From positions 2,612 through 66,611 of the forward strand of contig JBIKVZ010000002.1 in the NCBI GenBank assembly GCA_044356525.1: a stretch of 64,000 bases of DNA. Direction: 5' to 3'. The position numbers and the translations under genes were made by a program. Origin of the DNA: Rickettsiales bacterium (lineage in GTDB: Bacteria; Pseudomonadota; Alphaproteobacteria; Rickettsiales; RGZB01). Under the pieces are notes generated by a model, which saw only the letters and a list, made by a program, of their open reading frames with translations, was not told the DNA's origin and did not search any database. This document shows, in pieces, positions 11,412 through 22,400 of this stretch; position 1 is the stretch's first letter, and each line of letters opens with the position of its first letter.

Positions 11412-13052
11412 ATGAAAAAGCAGCTTAAAATCGCCCTCGCCCAAATGAATAGCACGGTGGGCGATATCGAAGGCAACGTGGCCAAGGCCGTGCAGCTGTG
11501 GAAGCAGGCAAAGGGCGCAGACATTGTGGTGTTCCCCGAGCTGGCGATTACCGGCTACCCCGCCGAAGATTTAGTGCAGAAGCCAGCATTCCAAAAACAA
11601 GCGATGAAGGCAGCCAGAGCGCTCGCCGCTACAACGTCCAAAGGCCCTGCGATACTTATCGGCAGCTTGCTGGTGGAAGAAGGAAAGATTTTTAACGCGG
11701 TATATCTTCTGCATGGCGGCGTGGTGCTGCACACGCAAACCAAACATGAATTGCCGAACTATGGCGTGTTCGATGAAAAGCGCCATTTCAGCGCAGGCAT
11801 TTTACCAAGCCTGTTTTCATTCAAAGGCTTCAAACTTGGTATTTTAGTGTGCGAGGATATGTGGCACAAAGCCGTGCCGCAGGCGCTGAAAGGCGCCGAT
11901 ATTTTACTTTCCTGCCATGCCTCGCCATTTGAGCATGATAAGCCCGCACGCCGCCTGAAGGCGGCACAGAAAGCAGTCGAACGAGCGAATTGTTCGTTAG
12001 TGTATGCGAACATGGTGGCAGGGCAGGATGACGTGGTGTTTGACGGCGGCAGCTTCGTGATGAGTGCAAAAGGCAAAGTGCTAGGCACGGCCCCGCAATT
12101 TGAAGAAACATTGGCGCTCAGCACGTGGGAAAAAACCACCAAAGGCCTGAAATGCGTGAGCGCGCCCAAGGCAAAACCGCTGGGTGAAACCGCGCAGCAC
12201 TATGCCGCGATGATGTTAGGGCTTAAAGATTACATCACCAAAAACGGCTTCCCCGGTGTTGTGCTCGGGCTTTCCGGCGGGATTGATTCAGTGCTTTCGG
12301 CGGCCATCGCAGTGGATGCGCTGGGTGCTGATAAGGTGAAAGCCATCATGCTACCATCGCGCTATACGTCGGATGAAAGCTTTGCCGATGCGGCAGAATG
12401 TGCGCGGCGCCTTGGCATCAGTCTTGAAGAGATTCAGATTGAAGGCTTGGTAAGCGCTGCAGATGAAGCGCTTGCGGGCGCATTCGCCGGAAAGAAAAAA
12501 GATGTAACGGAAGAAAATATTCAATCGCGCCTGCGCGGATTGCTACTGATGGCCTATAGCAACAAATTCGGTCATATGGTGCTGACGACGGGGAATAAAT
12601 CCGAACTCGCCACGGGCTATGCCACGCTCTATGGCGATATGTGTGGCGGTTATAATGTGCTCAAAGATACCTACAAAACCGAAGTGTTTGCTTTAAGTAA
12701 ATGGCGCAACAAAAATGCGCCCACTGGCGCGCTAGGGCCAAAGGGCGAGGTGATTCCGCCCAATGCAATTCGCAAAGCGCCTACTGCCGAGCTGCGCGAG
12801 AACCAAAAAGATGAAGATAGCCTGCCGCCCTATGACGTGCTGGACGGCATTTTGCAGGCGCTGATTGAAAAAGAACTTTCAATAAAAGACATCGTGGCGT
12901 TGGGCTATAAACGGGCAGTGGTTGAAAAAGTGGCCTCCATGCTTTACAAAGCGGAGTACAAACGCCGCCAGTCTGCACCCGGAGTGAAGGTGACACGCAA
13001 ATCCTTTGGGCGCGACAGGCGTTACCCCATCACCAATAGGTTTACTGAATAA
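11412..13052 (+). CDS. nadE: glutamine-dependent NAD(+) synthetase
   Basis: 546 aa. N-terminal CN-hydrolase domain (FPELAITGYP, ICEDMW) plus a C-terminal PP-loop (GLSGGIDS). Confidence 0.92.
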   Translation: MKKQLKIALAQMNSTVGDIEGNVAKAVQLWKQAKGADIVVFPELAITGYPAEDLVQKPAFQKQAMKAARALAATTSKGPAILIGSLLVEEGKIFNAVYLLHGGVVLHTQTKHELPNYGVFDEKRHFSAGILPSLFSFKGFKLGILVCEDMWHKAVPQALKGADILLSCHASPFEHDKPARRLKAAQKAVERANCSLVYANMVAGQDDVVFDGGSFVMSAKGKVLGTAPQFEETLALSTWEKTTKGLKCVSAPKAKPLGETAQHYAAMMLGLKDYITKNGFPGVVLGLSGGIDSVLSAAIAVDALGADKVKAIMLPSRYTSDESFADAAECARRLGISLEEIQIEGLVSAADEALAGAFAGKKKDVTEENIQSRLRGLLLMAYSNKFGHMVLTTGNKSELATGYATLYGDMCGGYNVLKDTYKTEVFALSKWRNKNAPTGALGPKGEVIPPNAIRKAPTAELRENQKDEDSLPPYDVLDGILQALIEKELSIKDIVALGYKRAVVEKVASMLYKAEYKRRQSAPGVKVTRKSFGRDRRYPITNRFTE

Positions 13053-14398
13053 TGCTTACGCGCTTTGCCCCCAGCCCCACCGGTTTCCTGCACATCGGGA
13101 ATGTGCGCACGGCGCTTATTTGCTATCTGCTCGCAAAAAAACAAGGCGGCAAGCTGCTGCTGCGCATTGACGATACGGACACCGAGCGCAGCAAAGAAGA
13201 GTATGTGGATGCGATTAAAGTGGATTTGGAATGGCTGGGCATCAACTGGGATATGTTCGCGCGCCAGTCTGAACGTATCGCGAATTATAACGCTGCGATT
13301 GAAAAACTGAAAAGTGCCGGAAGGCTTTACCCCTGCTACGAAACCGAGCAGGAGCTGGAAATCAAACGCAAGATGCAGCTTTCACGCGGCGCTCCGCCCA
13401 TTTACGACCGCGAAGGTTTAAAGCTGACCGATACCAAGCGCAAAGAGCTCGAAGCACAGGGCAAAAAACCACACTGGCGTTTTGAGCTAAAAGGCGAAAT
13501 TAGATCATGGATCGATGACATTAAGGGCACAGTTAAATATGATTTAAGTAATTTGAGTGATCCTATTTTGGTTCGAGAAGATGGTACGTTCACATACATG
13601 CTGCCTTCTGTGGTGGACGATGGTGACTTTCAAATTACTCATGTTGTACGTGGCGAAGACCATCTAACTAACACTGCTGTGCAGATTCAGCTATTTGAGG
13701 CGCTTGATTATTTGGGAAAAAATAAGATACCGCTATCATTTGCACATATAGCACTGATTAAAACGGCGGAAGGAAAGCTCTCCAAGCGCCTCGGCAGCGC
13801 GAACGTGCAAGGCCTACGCGAAGCGGGCATGGAGCCAATGGCCATCAATAGCTTCCTTGCCAAGGTCGGCACGTCTGACCCCGTGGAGATGCGTGCAACC
13901 ATGGCAGAGCTTGTTGCGGAGTTTGACGTAAACAAATTCAACCGCGCGCCAACTTTATATGCACTGGAAGATATTGAGCGCCTCAACAGCAAGCTGGTGC
14001 ATACCATGCCGTTTGATAAAGCGCTGCCCAAGCTGAAAGCGCTGGGGCTGACGGGTGTGGATGAGGCTTTCTGGCTTTCTGTGCGCGCGAACCTTGAGCA
14101 TATTGAAGATGTGAAAGAATGGTGGAACATCTGCCGCGAGCAAATGAAAAACGCAGTGGATGAAAAAGATTTCGCGCTCGAAGCTGCGGCATTATTGCCC
14201 GAAGGCAAGTGGGACGAAACCACGTGGGGTCAGTGGACGAAAGCGGTAACAGAAAAAACCGGACGCAAGGGCAAGGAATTATTCATGCCGATTCGTAAAG
14301 CGCTTACTGGCATGGAGCACGGACCGGAGCTAAAAGTGCTGCTGCCGCTGATTGGCCGCGAGCGCGCTGAAAAGCGCCTTAAAGGGGAAGCGGCATGA
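13052..14398 (+). CDS. gltX: glutamate--tRNA ligase
   Basis: 448 aa. RFAPSPTGFLHIGNVRTAL (HIGH) and KLSKR (KMSKS). Confidence 0.93.
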   Translation: MLTRFAPSPTGFLHIGNVRTALICYLLAKKQGGKLLLRIDDTDTERSKEEYVDAIKVDLEWLGINWDMFARQSERIANYNAAIEKLKSAGRLYPCYETEQELEIKRKMQLSRGAPPIYDREGLKLTDTKRKELEAQGKKPHWRFELKGEIRSWIDDIKGTVKYDLSNLSDPILVREDGTFTYMLPSVVDDGDFQITHVVRGEDHLTNTAVQIQLFEALDYLGKNKIPLSFAHIALIKTAEGKLSKRLGSANVQGLREAGMEPMAINSFLAKVGTSDPVEMRATMAELVAEFDVNKFNRAPTLYALEDIERLNSKLVHTMPFDKALPKLKALGLTGVDEAFWLSVRANLEHIEDVKEWWNICREQMKNAVDEKDFALEAAALLPEGKWDETTWGQWTKAVTEKTGRKGKELFMPIRKALTGMEHGPELKVLLPLIGRERAEKRLKGEAA

Positions 14399-15732
14399 GT
14401 GCGCCGGAAATTTCCCTCTATAACAGCCTAACAGGCAAGAAGGAAAAATTCGTGCCACACACTGCGGGTAAAGTGGGCATGTATGTGTGCGGCCCCACCG
14501 TGTATGACCGCCCGCATGTGGGCAACGCTCGCGCCGTGGTGGTGTATGATGTGCTGTTCCGCCTGCTGCGCCATGTATACGGCGAAAAGAACGTGACCTA
14601 TGTGCGCAACATCACCGACGTGGATGATAAAATCAACACCGCCGCGAAAGCGAACGGCGAACCGATTTCAGCCCTTACCACACGCATCACCAAAGCGTTT
14701 CATGACGACATGGCTGCGCTGAATAATTTGCTGCCTACACATGAGCCACGCGCGACAGGGCATATTAAGGAAATGTGCAGCATCATCGAGAAGCTGATTG
14801 AAAACGGTAATGCATATGTGAGCGAAGGCCATGTGCTGTTTGCAGTGAAGACGGATAAAAATTACGGCCAGCTTTCTAAAAAGAAGCTGGATGATTTGCA
14901 GGCCGGCGCGCGCGTGGAAGTGGAAAGCTATAAACGCGATGCGGGGGACTTCGTGCTGTGGAAGCCCGCTGATGAGGGGGATGACCCATCGAGTGTGTTT
15001 GAAAGCCCATGGGGAAAAGGCCGTCCTGGCTGGCACATTGAATGCAGCGCCATGAGCAGCAAATATCTCGGCAATGATTTTGACATCCACGGTGGCGGCG
15101 CAGATTTAAAATTTCCGCACCATGAAAATGAAATTGCACAAAGCACCTGCGCGCACAAGCACAGCTACTATGCTAAATATTGGGTGCATAACGGCTTTGT
15201 AACGGTGAATGGCGAAAAAATGAGCAAGTCTCTCGGCAATTTCACCACGGTGAAAGACCTGCTGGACAGGGGCATTAAAGGCGAAGTGATTCGCTATGTG
15301 CTGCTCGCCACCAAATACAGCGAACCCCTCGATTTCACCGAAAAGAAGCTAGAGGATGCGAAGAAGAACTTGGATAAATTTTACCGCACAGCAGCTGAGG
15401 TGGGGAGTAAAGGGCTGCCGGATGGGTTTCTTCAGGCGCTTGCCGACGATATGAATACCCCAAAGGCATTTGCCATGCTGCATTCTGCCGCACCAGAGCA
15501 AATTAAAGTTGCCTCACAGATGCTGGGCTTTTTGAACCAAACGGCTGAAGCATGGTTTGCCAGCGATGACAAAGGCCAGCAGCCTGAAAATGTACAGGAA
15601 CTAGTGAATGCCCGCGATGCGGCTAAAAAGGCCAAAAACTATGCCGAGGCCGACAAAATCCGCGAAAACCTTGCAAAACAGGGCATTATATTAGAAGATA
15701 CGCCTTCCGGCACAATCTGGAGGAAGGCATAA
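14395..15732 (+). CDS. cysS: cysteine--tRNA ligase
   Basis: 445 aa. [15 protein letters not shown] and EKMSKSLGN motifs. There is a 4-nt overlap with gltX. Confidence 0.95.
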   Translation: MSAPEISLYNSLTGKKEKFVPHTAGKVGMYVCGPTVYDRPHVGNARAVVVYDVLFRLLRHVYGEKNVTYVRNITDVDDKINTAAKANGEPISALTTRITKAFHDDMAALNNLLPTHEPRATGHIKEMCSIIEKLIENGNAYVSEGHVLFAVKTDKNYGQLSKKKLDDLQAGARVEVESYKRDAGDFVLWKPADEGDDPSSVFESPWGKGRPGWHIECSAMSSKYLGNDFDIHGGGADLKFPHHENEIAQSTCAHKHSYYAKYWVHNGFVTVNGEKMSKSLGNFTTVKDLLDRGIKGEVIRYVLLATKYSEPLDFTEKKLEDAKKNLDKFYRTAAEVGSKGLPDGFLQALADDMNTPKAFAMLHSAAPEQIKVASQMLGFLNQTAEAWFASDDKGQQPENVQELVNARDAAKKAKNYAEADKIRENLAKQGIILEDTPSGTIWRKA

Positions 15733-15744
15733 AGCGGTAGGCAT

Positions 15745-17337
15745 ATGGCCGAACGTATCTATTTATACGACAGCACGTTGCGCGACGGAGCGCAAACGCA
15801 GGGCGTCAACTTCAGTGTTGTCGATAAGCAGGATATCGCGCTGGAACTGGATGCGCTTGGGCTAGATTACGTCGAAGGCGGTTGGCCCGGCGCTAACCCG
15901 ACGGATGATAAGTTCTTCGCCGCTGCCCCAGAATTTAAAAGCTCTAAACTCGTTGCCTTTGGCATGACGCGCCGCACGGGCACCAGCGCCGCGAACGACC
16001 CCGGCCTGAACACGCTGCTCAACACGGGCGTGAAGCATGTGTGCATCGTGGGCAAAACATGGGATTTCCACGTAACCCACGCGCTGGATGTTTCGCTCAA
16101 AGAAAACATCAGCATGATTACGCAGAGCATCGAATATCTCGTGAAGAAGAAGGTGGAAGCGATGTTCGACGCTGAACATTTTTTCGACGGGTATAAAGCC
16201 AACCCCAAATTCGCACTCGAAGCAGTGAAGGCAGCCTATGCCGCCGGTGCGCGCTGGGTGATACTGTGCGACACGAATGGTGGCACGCTACCGCACGAAG
16301 TGGAAGAAATTGTTAAGGAAGTGGCAAAACATATTCCAGGCAAAAACCTTGGCATACATTGCCATAACGATACGGACAACGCGGTGGCGAACTCGCTGGC
16401 CGCAGTGCGCGCTGGTGCGCGGCAGATACAGGGCACGCTGGGCGGCGTGGGTGAACGCTGCGGCAATGCCAATCTGCTTTCGCTCATTCCCACGCTGGTG
16501 TTTAAGCTGGGTTATGATGTAGGCATTCCGAAGGAAAAAATCAAAAAGCTGGTGAAAATCTCACGTGTGCTGGACGAGCATTTGAACCGTCCGCCGATTA
16601 AGAACGCGCCGTATGTGGGCAAATCTGCCTTCGCGCACAAAGGCGGGCTGCATGTTTCAGCAGTGGTAAAGAATCCCACGAGTTATGAGCATATCGACCC
16701 TGCGATAGTAGGCAATGAGCGCATTATTCTGATTTCCGACCAGGCGGGTAAGTCGAACATCATCAACCGCCTGAAGAAGGTCGGCATCAATGTGGATGGC
16801 AAAAACCCTGCCATGAAGCAAAAAATCGAAACACTGATTGATGAAATCAAAGAGCGCGAGAATAAAGGTTATGCGTATGACAGCGCCGATGCGAGCTTTG
16901 AGCTTCTGGCTAAGCAATTCCTCGGCAAAGTGCCAGAATTCTTCCATTTAAAGAGCTTCCGCGTGATTGATGAACGCCGCTGGAACGCCAAAGGTGAGCT
17001 GATTACCCTTTCAGAAGCGACCATCAAACTGGTGATGGACGGCAAGGAAGTGATGACGGTAGCCGAGGGCAACGGCCCAGTGAACGCACTCAATAGTGCG
17101 CTTAAAAAAGCGCTGCAGCGCAAATATAAGGCGCTGAAGACTTTAAAACTGCGCGACTATAAGGTGCGCATCGTGACACCGGAGCACGGCACTGGCGCGG
17201 TGACACGAGTGATGATTGAAACCAGTGACGAGACCGGCAACCGCTGGTCTACCGTGGGGGTTTCCACCAACATCATCGATGCGTCGTATAACGCGCTGTA
17301 TGACGCGATTGCGTTCAAGCTCATCCATCAGGACTAA
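15745..17337 (+). CDS. cimA: citramalate synthase / 2-isopropylmalate synthase family protein
   Basis: 530 aa. N-terminal HMGL-like TIM barrel (YDSTLRDGAQ, HCHND) and a C-terminal LeuA-type dimerisation/regulatory domain. The length fits CimA. Confidence 0.8.
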   Translation: MAERIYLYDSTLRDGAQTQGVNFSVVDKQDIALELDALGLDYVEGGWPGANPTDDKFFAAAPEFKSSKLVAFGMTRRTGTSAANDPGLNTLLNTGVKHVCIVGKTWDFHVTHALDVSLKENISMITQSIEYLVKKKVEAMFDAEHFFDGYKANPKFALEAVKAAYAAGARWVILCDTNGGTLPHEVEEIVKEVAKHIPGKNLGIHCHNDTDNAVANSLAAVRAGARQIQGTLGGVGERCGNANLLSLIPTLVFKLGYDVGIPKEKIKKLVKISRVLDEHLNRPPIKNAPYVGKSAFAHKGGLHVSAVVKNPTSYEHIDPAIVGNERIILISDQAGKSNIINRLKKVGINVDGKNPAMKQKIETLIDEIKERENKGYAYDSADASFELLAKQFLGKVPEFFHLKSFRVIDERRWNAKGELITLSEATIKLVMDGKEVMTVAEGNGPVNALNSALKKALQRKYKALKTLKLRDYKVRIVTPEHGTGAVTRVMIETSDETGNRWSTVGVSTNIIDASYNALYDAIAFKLIHQD

Positions 17338-17338
17338 C

Positions 17339-18085
17339 ATGCAAGACCCCGTTATTATTCTGGTGCGCCCCCAGCTGGGTGACAATATCGGTGCCGTGGC
17401 GCGAGTTATGGGCAATTTTGCCTTAAAGGAACTGCGCCTTGTTGCCCCGCGCGATGGCTGGCCTAACCCACATGCCGAAAAAAGCGCCGTGACTTCTATC
17501 GGCATCATCAAAAAAGCCAAAGTATATGACACTACAGCAGAGGCGGTGGCCGACCTGCACCATGTGTATGCTACCACGGTGCGTGACCGGAACATGACGA
17601 AGAATGTGGATTTCCCTAAGGATGCTGCTGATCGGATGAAGAGCTGGCTTAAAGCGGGCACCAAAGCGGGCGTGATGTTCGGCCCCGAGCGCACGGGCCT
17701 TGAGAATGAAGATGTGGAAATGTGCGACCATGTGCTGACCATTCCTACGAACCCCGAATTTGCCTCGATGAACCTTTCACATGCGGTGGCGGTGGTGGGT
17801 TATGAGTGGTATGCGCTTAAAGCGGCCAATAAATCAAAAAAAATCAAAGAAAATCATGATCTTGCCACCAAAGAGCAAGTGCTGGGCATGCTGAAGCATA
17901 TGGATGAAGAACTCGACATCGCCGAGCATTATAAAAACCCCACCATGCGCCCTACAATGCGCAGAAATCTGCATAATTTGTTCCAGCGGATGGATTTAAC
18001 GGACCAAGAGGTGCGCACATTGCGCGGCGTGGTGCGCAGTTTGGCTGAAAGCCCCAAGCGCAAGAAGGCCAAAAAAGATGTTTGA
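17339..18085 (+). CDS. SpoU/TrmH-family RNA methyltransferase (TrmJ-like)
   Basis: I place the start at the ATG at 17339 (MQDPVIILVRPQLGDNIGAVARVMGNFAL). The longer ORF from 17216 overlaps cimA. A SPOUT knot region is present (GPERTGLENEDVEMCDHVLTIP). Confidence 0.82.
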   Translation: MQDPVIILVRPQLGDNIGAVARVMGNFALKELRLVAPRDGWPNPHAEKSAVTSIGIIKKAKVYDTTAEAVADLHHVYATTVRDRNMTKNVDFPKDAADRMKSWLKAGTKAGVMFGPERTGLENEDVEMCDHVLTIPTNPEFASMNLSHAVAVVGYEWYALKAANKSKKIKENHDLATKEQVLGMLKHMDEELDIAEHYKNPTMRPTMRRNLHNLFQRMDLTDQEVRTLRGVVRSLAESPKRKKAKKDV

Positions 18086-18178
18086 CAAATGACATGAAAT
18101 CCTTACATTACGCACTCCACTTCGGGGAGTGGGGTGGCTGTGTGCCGCCGAAACCTTAAATATTTATAAAGATAACGT

Positions 18179-18802
18179 ATGACGAAGCGAATCAATTCTA
18201 AGTTTAAAATCAGCCGCCGTTTGGGTGTGGCACTGTGGGGCGATGCGAAAGATCCGGTAAACCGGAACCGCAATTTCGTTCCTGGCCAGCATGGCCCATC
18301 GGGCAAGAAGCGTGCTATTTCCGACTTCGGCACGCAGCTGATGGCAAAACAGAAGCTGAAAGGCTATTACGGGAATATCTCCGAGCGTCAGTTCCGTGGC
18401 ATCTATAAAGAAGCCATCCGCCGCAAAGGTGACTCCAGTGAAAACCTGATTGGTCTGCTTGAGCAGCGCCTTGATATCGTGGCATACCGCCTGAATTTTG
18501 CTCCGTCTGTATTTGCTGCTCGCCAGCTGGTTGGCCACAAACACCTGACGGTGAACGGCAAAACGGTAAACATTCCAAGCTACCGCCTGAAAGAAGGTGA
18601 TGTAGTGGAAGTGAAAGAAAAAGCTCGCCAGATTCCGACCGTGCTGGAAGGCATGCAGAAGCAGGAACGTCAGGTTCCTGATTATCTGGAACTGGATGCA
18701 AAAGGTTTCAAAGGCAAGTTCGTGCGTACGCCGAAGCTGGCCGACGTTCCTTACGCTGTGGTGATGGAACCGAATCTGGTGGTGGAATTCTACTCCCGCT
18801 AA
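18179..18802 (+). CDS. rpsD: 30S ribosomal protein S4
   Basis: 207 aa with typical S4 N-terminal and S4 RNA-binding domain sequence ([14 protein letters not shown]...[15 protein letters not shown]). Confidence 0.96.
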   Translation: MTKRINSKFKISRRLGVALWGDAKDPVNRNRNFVPGQHGPSGKKRAISDFGTQLMAKQKLKGYYGNISERQFRGIYKEAIRRKGDSSENLIGLLEQRLDIVAYRLNFAPSVFAARQLVGHKHLTVNGKTVNIPSYRLKEGDVVEVKEKARQIPTVLEGMQKQERQVPDYLELDAKGFKGKFVRTPKLADVPYAVVMEPNLVVEFYSR

Positions 18803-18821
18803 TTCGTGATACATCAATAAT

Positions 18822-18850
18822 AAAAAACCCGCCTGTTTGGCGGGTTTTTT
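18822..18850. terminator. bidirectional Rho-independent terminator
   Basis: AAAAAA-CCCGCC-TGTTT-GGCGGG-TTTTTT hairpin between the convergent rpsD and carboxypeptidase genes. Confidence 0.85.
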
Positions 18851-18874
18851 ATTGCTTGAATTGTTTAATAAAAA

Positions 18875-20131
18875 TTACTGAACGACCGAAATCTGGCAGG
18901 GTGTGTTGACCAATCCCATCATGTAACAGGCCTTGCGGGCGTTGTCCTCGCTAAGGTTGTGGAAAGTCGCCCAGTGTTCACGCGAGCGGCTTTTGCCAGA
19001 ATTTGCAAAGGTTACTGATGCAGCGGAAAGATATTCTGAAGCCACGTCCATGGCATCGGCCACGGCAGCGGTAGCATCTTCCTCACGCGTGAAAGCGCCC
19101 ATATTCACATTCCACATGGCAGGTTTTGCTGTGGCAGAGGCAATTTCAAGAGCCGGAGCAGGTGCTTTTGCAAGCATAGAGGGCTCTTTGACTTCAAGTG
19201 ATGACGCTGTGCTCGAATTCTTCCGCGGGCGGTTTACGGGTGCCGGAGCGCGCTCTTTGACGGATTTTGCAGCCGTTTTGCTGCCGCGTAATTTCTTGAA
19301 GCTGCTATCCAGTAGTGAAATCATTCGCTTGTCGCGCGAGAGGGCGGAGCGTCCACCCAGCACGACGGCGACCAGCTTATTGCCCGAACGATTGGCTGCC
19401 GTGGCGAGATTAAAGCCGGATGCATTCACGTAGCCTGTTTTGCCAGCCACGGCGCCTTTATAACGTACCAGCACATGGTTGTGCGTGCGGTAAGTGCGGC
19501 CTTTGTAACTGAACTTGGTTTTACCAAGGCGTTTGTAATATTGTGGGAAGTCACGCTCTAAGGCCATCAACAGCTTGGCCATGTCTTTCGCGGTGGTGAT
19601 TTGTTTGGGGTGGAAAAGGCCAGAGGCATTTTCAAAATTTGTGTTTTTCATTCCAAGTTCTCGCGCCTTTTCACTCATCATGCGCGAAAACTGCCATTCG
19701 CTACCGCCGATAGCTTCAGCAATAACAACGGAAGTATCGTTTGCAGAGAGGACCACGAGGCTATCGATGGCGTCTGCTACTGAGATGCGTTCATTGCGGC
19801 GCAGGCCCAGCTTCATACGTGGCTGCTGAGCTGCTTTGTTGGATGTTGTGAGGCTTGTGTTGAACGAGAGCTTTCCGTGATTGATGGCGTCGAACGCAAG
19901 GTAAATTGTCATCATCTTCGTGAGGGAGGCAGGGTAACGCTTGCGGTCTGCATTCTCCTGATGAAGGATCACGCCACTTTCACCATGCACTACGAGTGCG
20001 GCGTATTTATCAATATAAGAGGTTTTTTTACGCTTTCGCTGTGCGGCATCCGCCGTTGTGGACGTACACAAAACAACGACTAGTAGCAGAAAAATAAAGA
20101 CTATTCTGCGTATCATCAACAACGCGCCCAC
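18875..20131 (-). CDS. D-alanyl-D-alanine carboxypeptidase (S11, PBP5/6-type) with C-terminal SPOR domain
   Basis: Motifs SxxK (ASLTKMMT), SxN (LSANDTS) and KTG (AGKTGYV). The C-terminal ~80 aa resemble a SPOR domain. The ORF starts with GTG at 20131, with an alternative ATG at 20116. Confidence 0.85.
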   Translation of the reverse strand: MGALLMIRRIVFIFLLLVVVLCTSTTADAAQRKRKKTSYIDKYAALVVHGESGVILHQENADRKRYPASLTKMMTIYLAFDAINHGKLSFNTSLTTSNKAAQQPRMKLGLRRNERISVADAIDSLVVLSANDTSVVIAEAIGGSEWQFSRMMSEKARELGMKNTNFENASGLFHPKQITTAKDMAKLLMALERDFPQYYKRLGKTKFSYKGRTYRTHNHVLVRYKGAVAGKTGYVNASGFNLATAANRSGNKLVAVVLGGRSALSRDKRMISLLDSSFKKLRGSKTAAKSVKERAPAPVNRPRKNSSTASSLEVKEPSMLAKAPAPALEIASATAKPAMWNVNMGAFTREEDATAAVADAMDVASEYLSAASVTFANSGKSRSREHWATFHNLSEDNARKACYMMGLVNTPCQISVVQ

Positions 20132-20264
20132 TATTTAGAACAATTTCTCTTTCCATTTTTACATAAATTTTTTATGTAATACAAGATGTTGCTGAATAAA
20201 AATTCAAAAACGTCTATACACGGTAGATGAGCCGTCGCCACCAATGTCAGGATGTGAGGAATAT

Positions 20265-21278
20265 ATGGATCATTACTTAGGAGAATTTCCGAGGGTCCGC
20301 TTGCGCAGAAATCGCAGGGACGAGTGGTCGCGCCGCATGGTGGAAGAGCATCACCTGACACCAAGTGATTTGGTGTGGCCGGTGTTTGTGCAAGAAGGCA
20401 AAACACAGGCAACAGATATTGCCGCGATGCCATGCGTGAAACGTTATTCCGTGGATGCATTGGTGAAGCAAGTGGAAGGTGCTGTCAAACTCGGCATTCC
20501 CGCAGTAGCGATTTTTCCGGTCGTGCCGTCGGAGAAAAAAAGCCTCGATGCCAAAGAAGCATGGAACAGAAAAAATCTGATATGCCGTGCTGTGCAGGCA
20601 ATCAAAAAAGAAAAGTTTGATATTGGTGTGATTTGCGATGTGGCACTCGACCCCTACACTACGCATGGGCACGATGGCTTAGTGAAGCGGGGTGATGTGG
20701 TGAATGATGAAACGGTGCGCGCGCTCGTGAAACAGGCGATTGTACAGGCGGAAGCGGGATGTGATATCGTGGCGCCGTCTGACATGATGGATGGAAGGGT
20801 AGCGGCGATTCGTGATGCGCTTGATGAAAAAGGTTTTCAGCATGTGCGGATTCTTTCCTATGCTGCGAAATATGCTTCGAGTTTTTACGGCCCGTTCCGC
20901 GAAGCAGTCGGTTCAAAGCAAAGCCTTGGTAAAGGACATAAAAAAACTTATCAGATGAATCCAGCAAACAGTGATGAAGCCTTACGGGAAGTGGCGATGG
21001 ACATTCATGAGGGCGCCGACATGGTGATGGTAAAGCCCGGTATGCCGTATTTGGACATTATTAGCCGTATCCGTCAGGCATTCCATATTCCCGTGTTTGC
21101 CTATCAGGTGAGCGGCGAATATGCTATGATAAAAGCCGCTGGCGAAAAAGGCTGGTTTGACGATAAAGCGGCCATGTATGAAAGCCTTATCGCGTTCAAG
21201 CGTGCTGGTGCAACTGGTGTTTTGACCTATGCGGCGAAAGAGATGGCAACACTGTGCCATGAAATAAAAGGACGTTAG
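20265..21278 (+). CDS. hemB: porphobilinogen synthase (delta-aminolevulinate dehydratase)
   Basis: FPRVRLRRNRR...VKPGMPYLDI...AYQVSGEYAM are typical ALAD motifs. I prefer the start at 20265 (GAGGA 6 nt upstream) over 20244. Confidence 0.93.
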   Translation: MDHYLGEFPRVRLRRNRRDEWSRRMVEEHHLTPSDLVWPVFVQEGKTQATDIAAMPCVKRYSVDALVKQVEGAVKLGIPAVAIFPVVPSEKKSLDAKEAWNRKNLICRAVQAIKKEKFDIGVICDVALDPYTTHGHDGLVKRGDVVNDETVRALVKQAIVQAEAGCDIVAPSDMMDGRVAAIRDALDEKGFQHVRILSYAAKYASSFYGPFREAVGSKQSLGKGHKKTYQMNPANSDEALREVAMDIHEGADMVMVKPGMPYLDIISRIRQAFHIPVFAYQVSGEYAMIKAAGEKGWFDDKAAMYESLIAFKRAGATGVLTYAAKEMATLCHEIKGR

Positions 21279-21315
21279 TTTTTATTACGTACGATTTTGT
21301 GATGGAGCTCTAAGC

Positions 21316-22395
21316 ATGCGTTTGAAGAACACATTTATTTTTTTGTTATGCGTCATGTTAGCTTTACCGACGAGTGTGGCGGCACAGCAAGAAGAGTCAC
21401 AGGTGATGTTGCCAGAAATTTCGGTGCAGGAGGAAAGACCGCTACCGAGCTTTAGCCCAAGTGAAGTTCCTGAAAAAATCAAGCAAGCAACCGAGGGAAA
21501 TGATCCTGTTGCCCAGTATACATTGGGGGTTATGCTTTATTACGGCAAATCTGTTGAACGTGATGTCTTTAAGGCAGAAAAATATATCACAATGGCAGCA
21601 AAAAATGATTATGCCCCTGCTCAAACCCAGATGGGATACATTCACGCAGATAAAAACGGCCATACACTTGCGTTGGAATGGTTTAATAAAGCTGCTGCTC
21701 AGAATGAGCCGTGGGCCAATTTCAGGCTTGCCCAATACTATGAGCAAGGCATAAATGTTTTCAAAAATTATGAAAAGGCTAGAAAGTATTACGAAGTAGC
21801 TGCCGATGCAGACATTATGAATGCTGTTTTAAAGCTTGGTACATATTATCAGTATGGTATTGGGGTTGAGAAAGATGTTGAAACAGCGATTGCCTATTAT
21901 GAGTATGCGGCTGATAAAGGCAGTGAAGACTTTAAACTTCACGTTTCATTACTACTCGTAAACTTACTTTCAGAATTGGCAAATAATCCGGAATCGCAAG
22001 AGGTTCATACCAAAGAAAAAATATTCAAGTGGCGCCTAAAAGCGGCAGAGATGGGTGATTTGGACTCTATTGTCACCACAGCAGAGGCGTATTTTGAAGG
22101 CATTGGTACACCCGTCGATTACGAAAAATCAATTGCCTGGTATAAGAAGGCAACAGAGCATGGTCATTTGATTTCGATGGTGAAGTTGGGTCAAATTTAT
22201 GCGAATGGAATGGGCACTGAGATTAATTTCACGGAGGCAGCCAAATGGTATAGGAGGGCCGCAGAAAATGGCAACGTTGAGGCAGCATGGAACCTTGCAA
22301 ATCTTTACGAAAATGGTTTGGGTGTTACCAAAGACCCCGCTGAAGCTCAAAAATGGTACTATCGCGCAGACATGCTTAAGCAGAAAAGACGGTAA
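21316..22395 (+). CDS. Sel1-repeat (TPR-like) secreted protein
   Basis: Signal peptide, then repeated ~36-aa Sel1 units (A..Y.lG.my..G.gv.kD...A..WY.kAA). Confidence 0.85.
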   Translation: MRLKNTFIFLLCVMLALPTSVAAQQEESQVMLPEISVQEERPLPSFSPSEVPEKIKQATEGNDPVAQYTLGVMLYYGKSVERDVFKAEKYITMAAKNDYAPAQTQMGYIHADKNGHTLALEWFNKAAAQNEPWANFRLAQYYEQGINVFKNYEKARKYYEVAADADIMNAVLKLGTYYQYGIGVEKDVETAIAYYEYAADKGSEDFKLHVSLLLVNLLSELANNPESQEVHTKEKIFKWRLKAAEMGDLDSIVTTAEAYFEGIGTPVDYEKSIAWYKKATEHGHLISMVKLGQIYANGMGTEINFTEAAKWYRRAAENGNVEAAWNLANLYENGLGVTKDPAEAQKWYYRADMLKQKRR

Positions 22396-22400
22396 CCTTA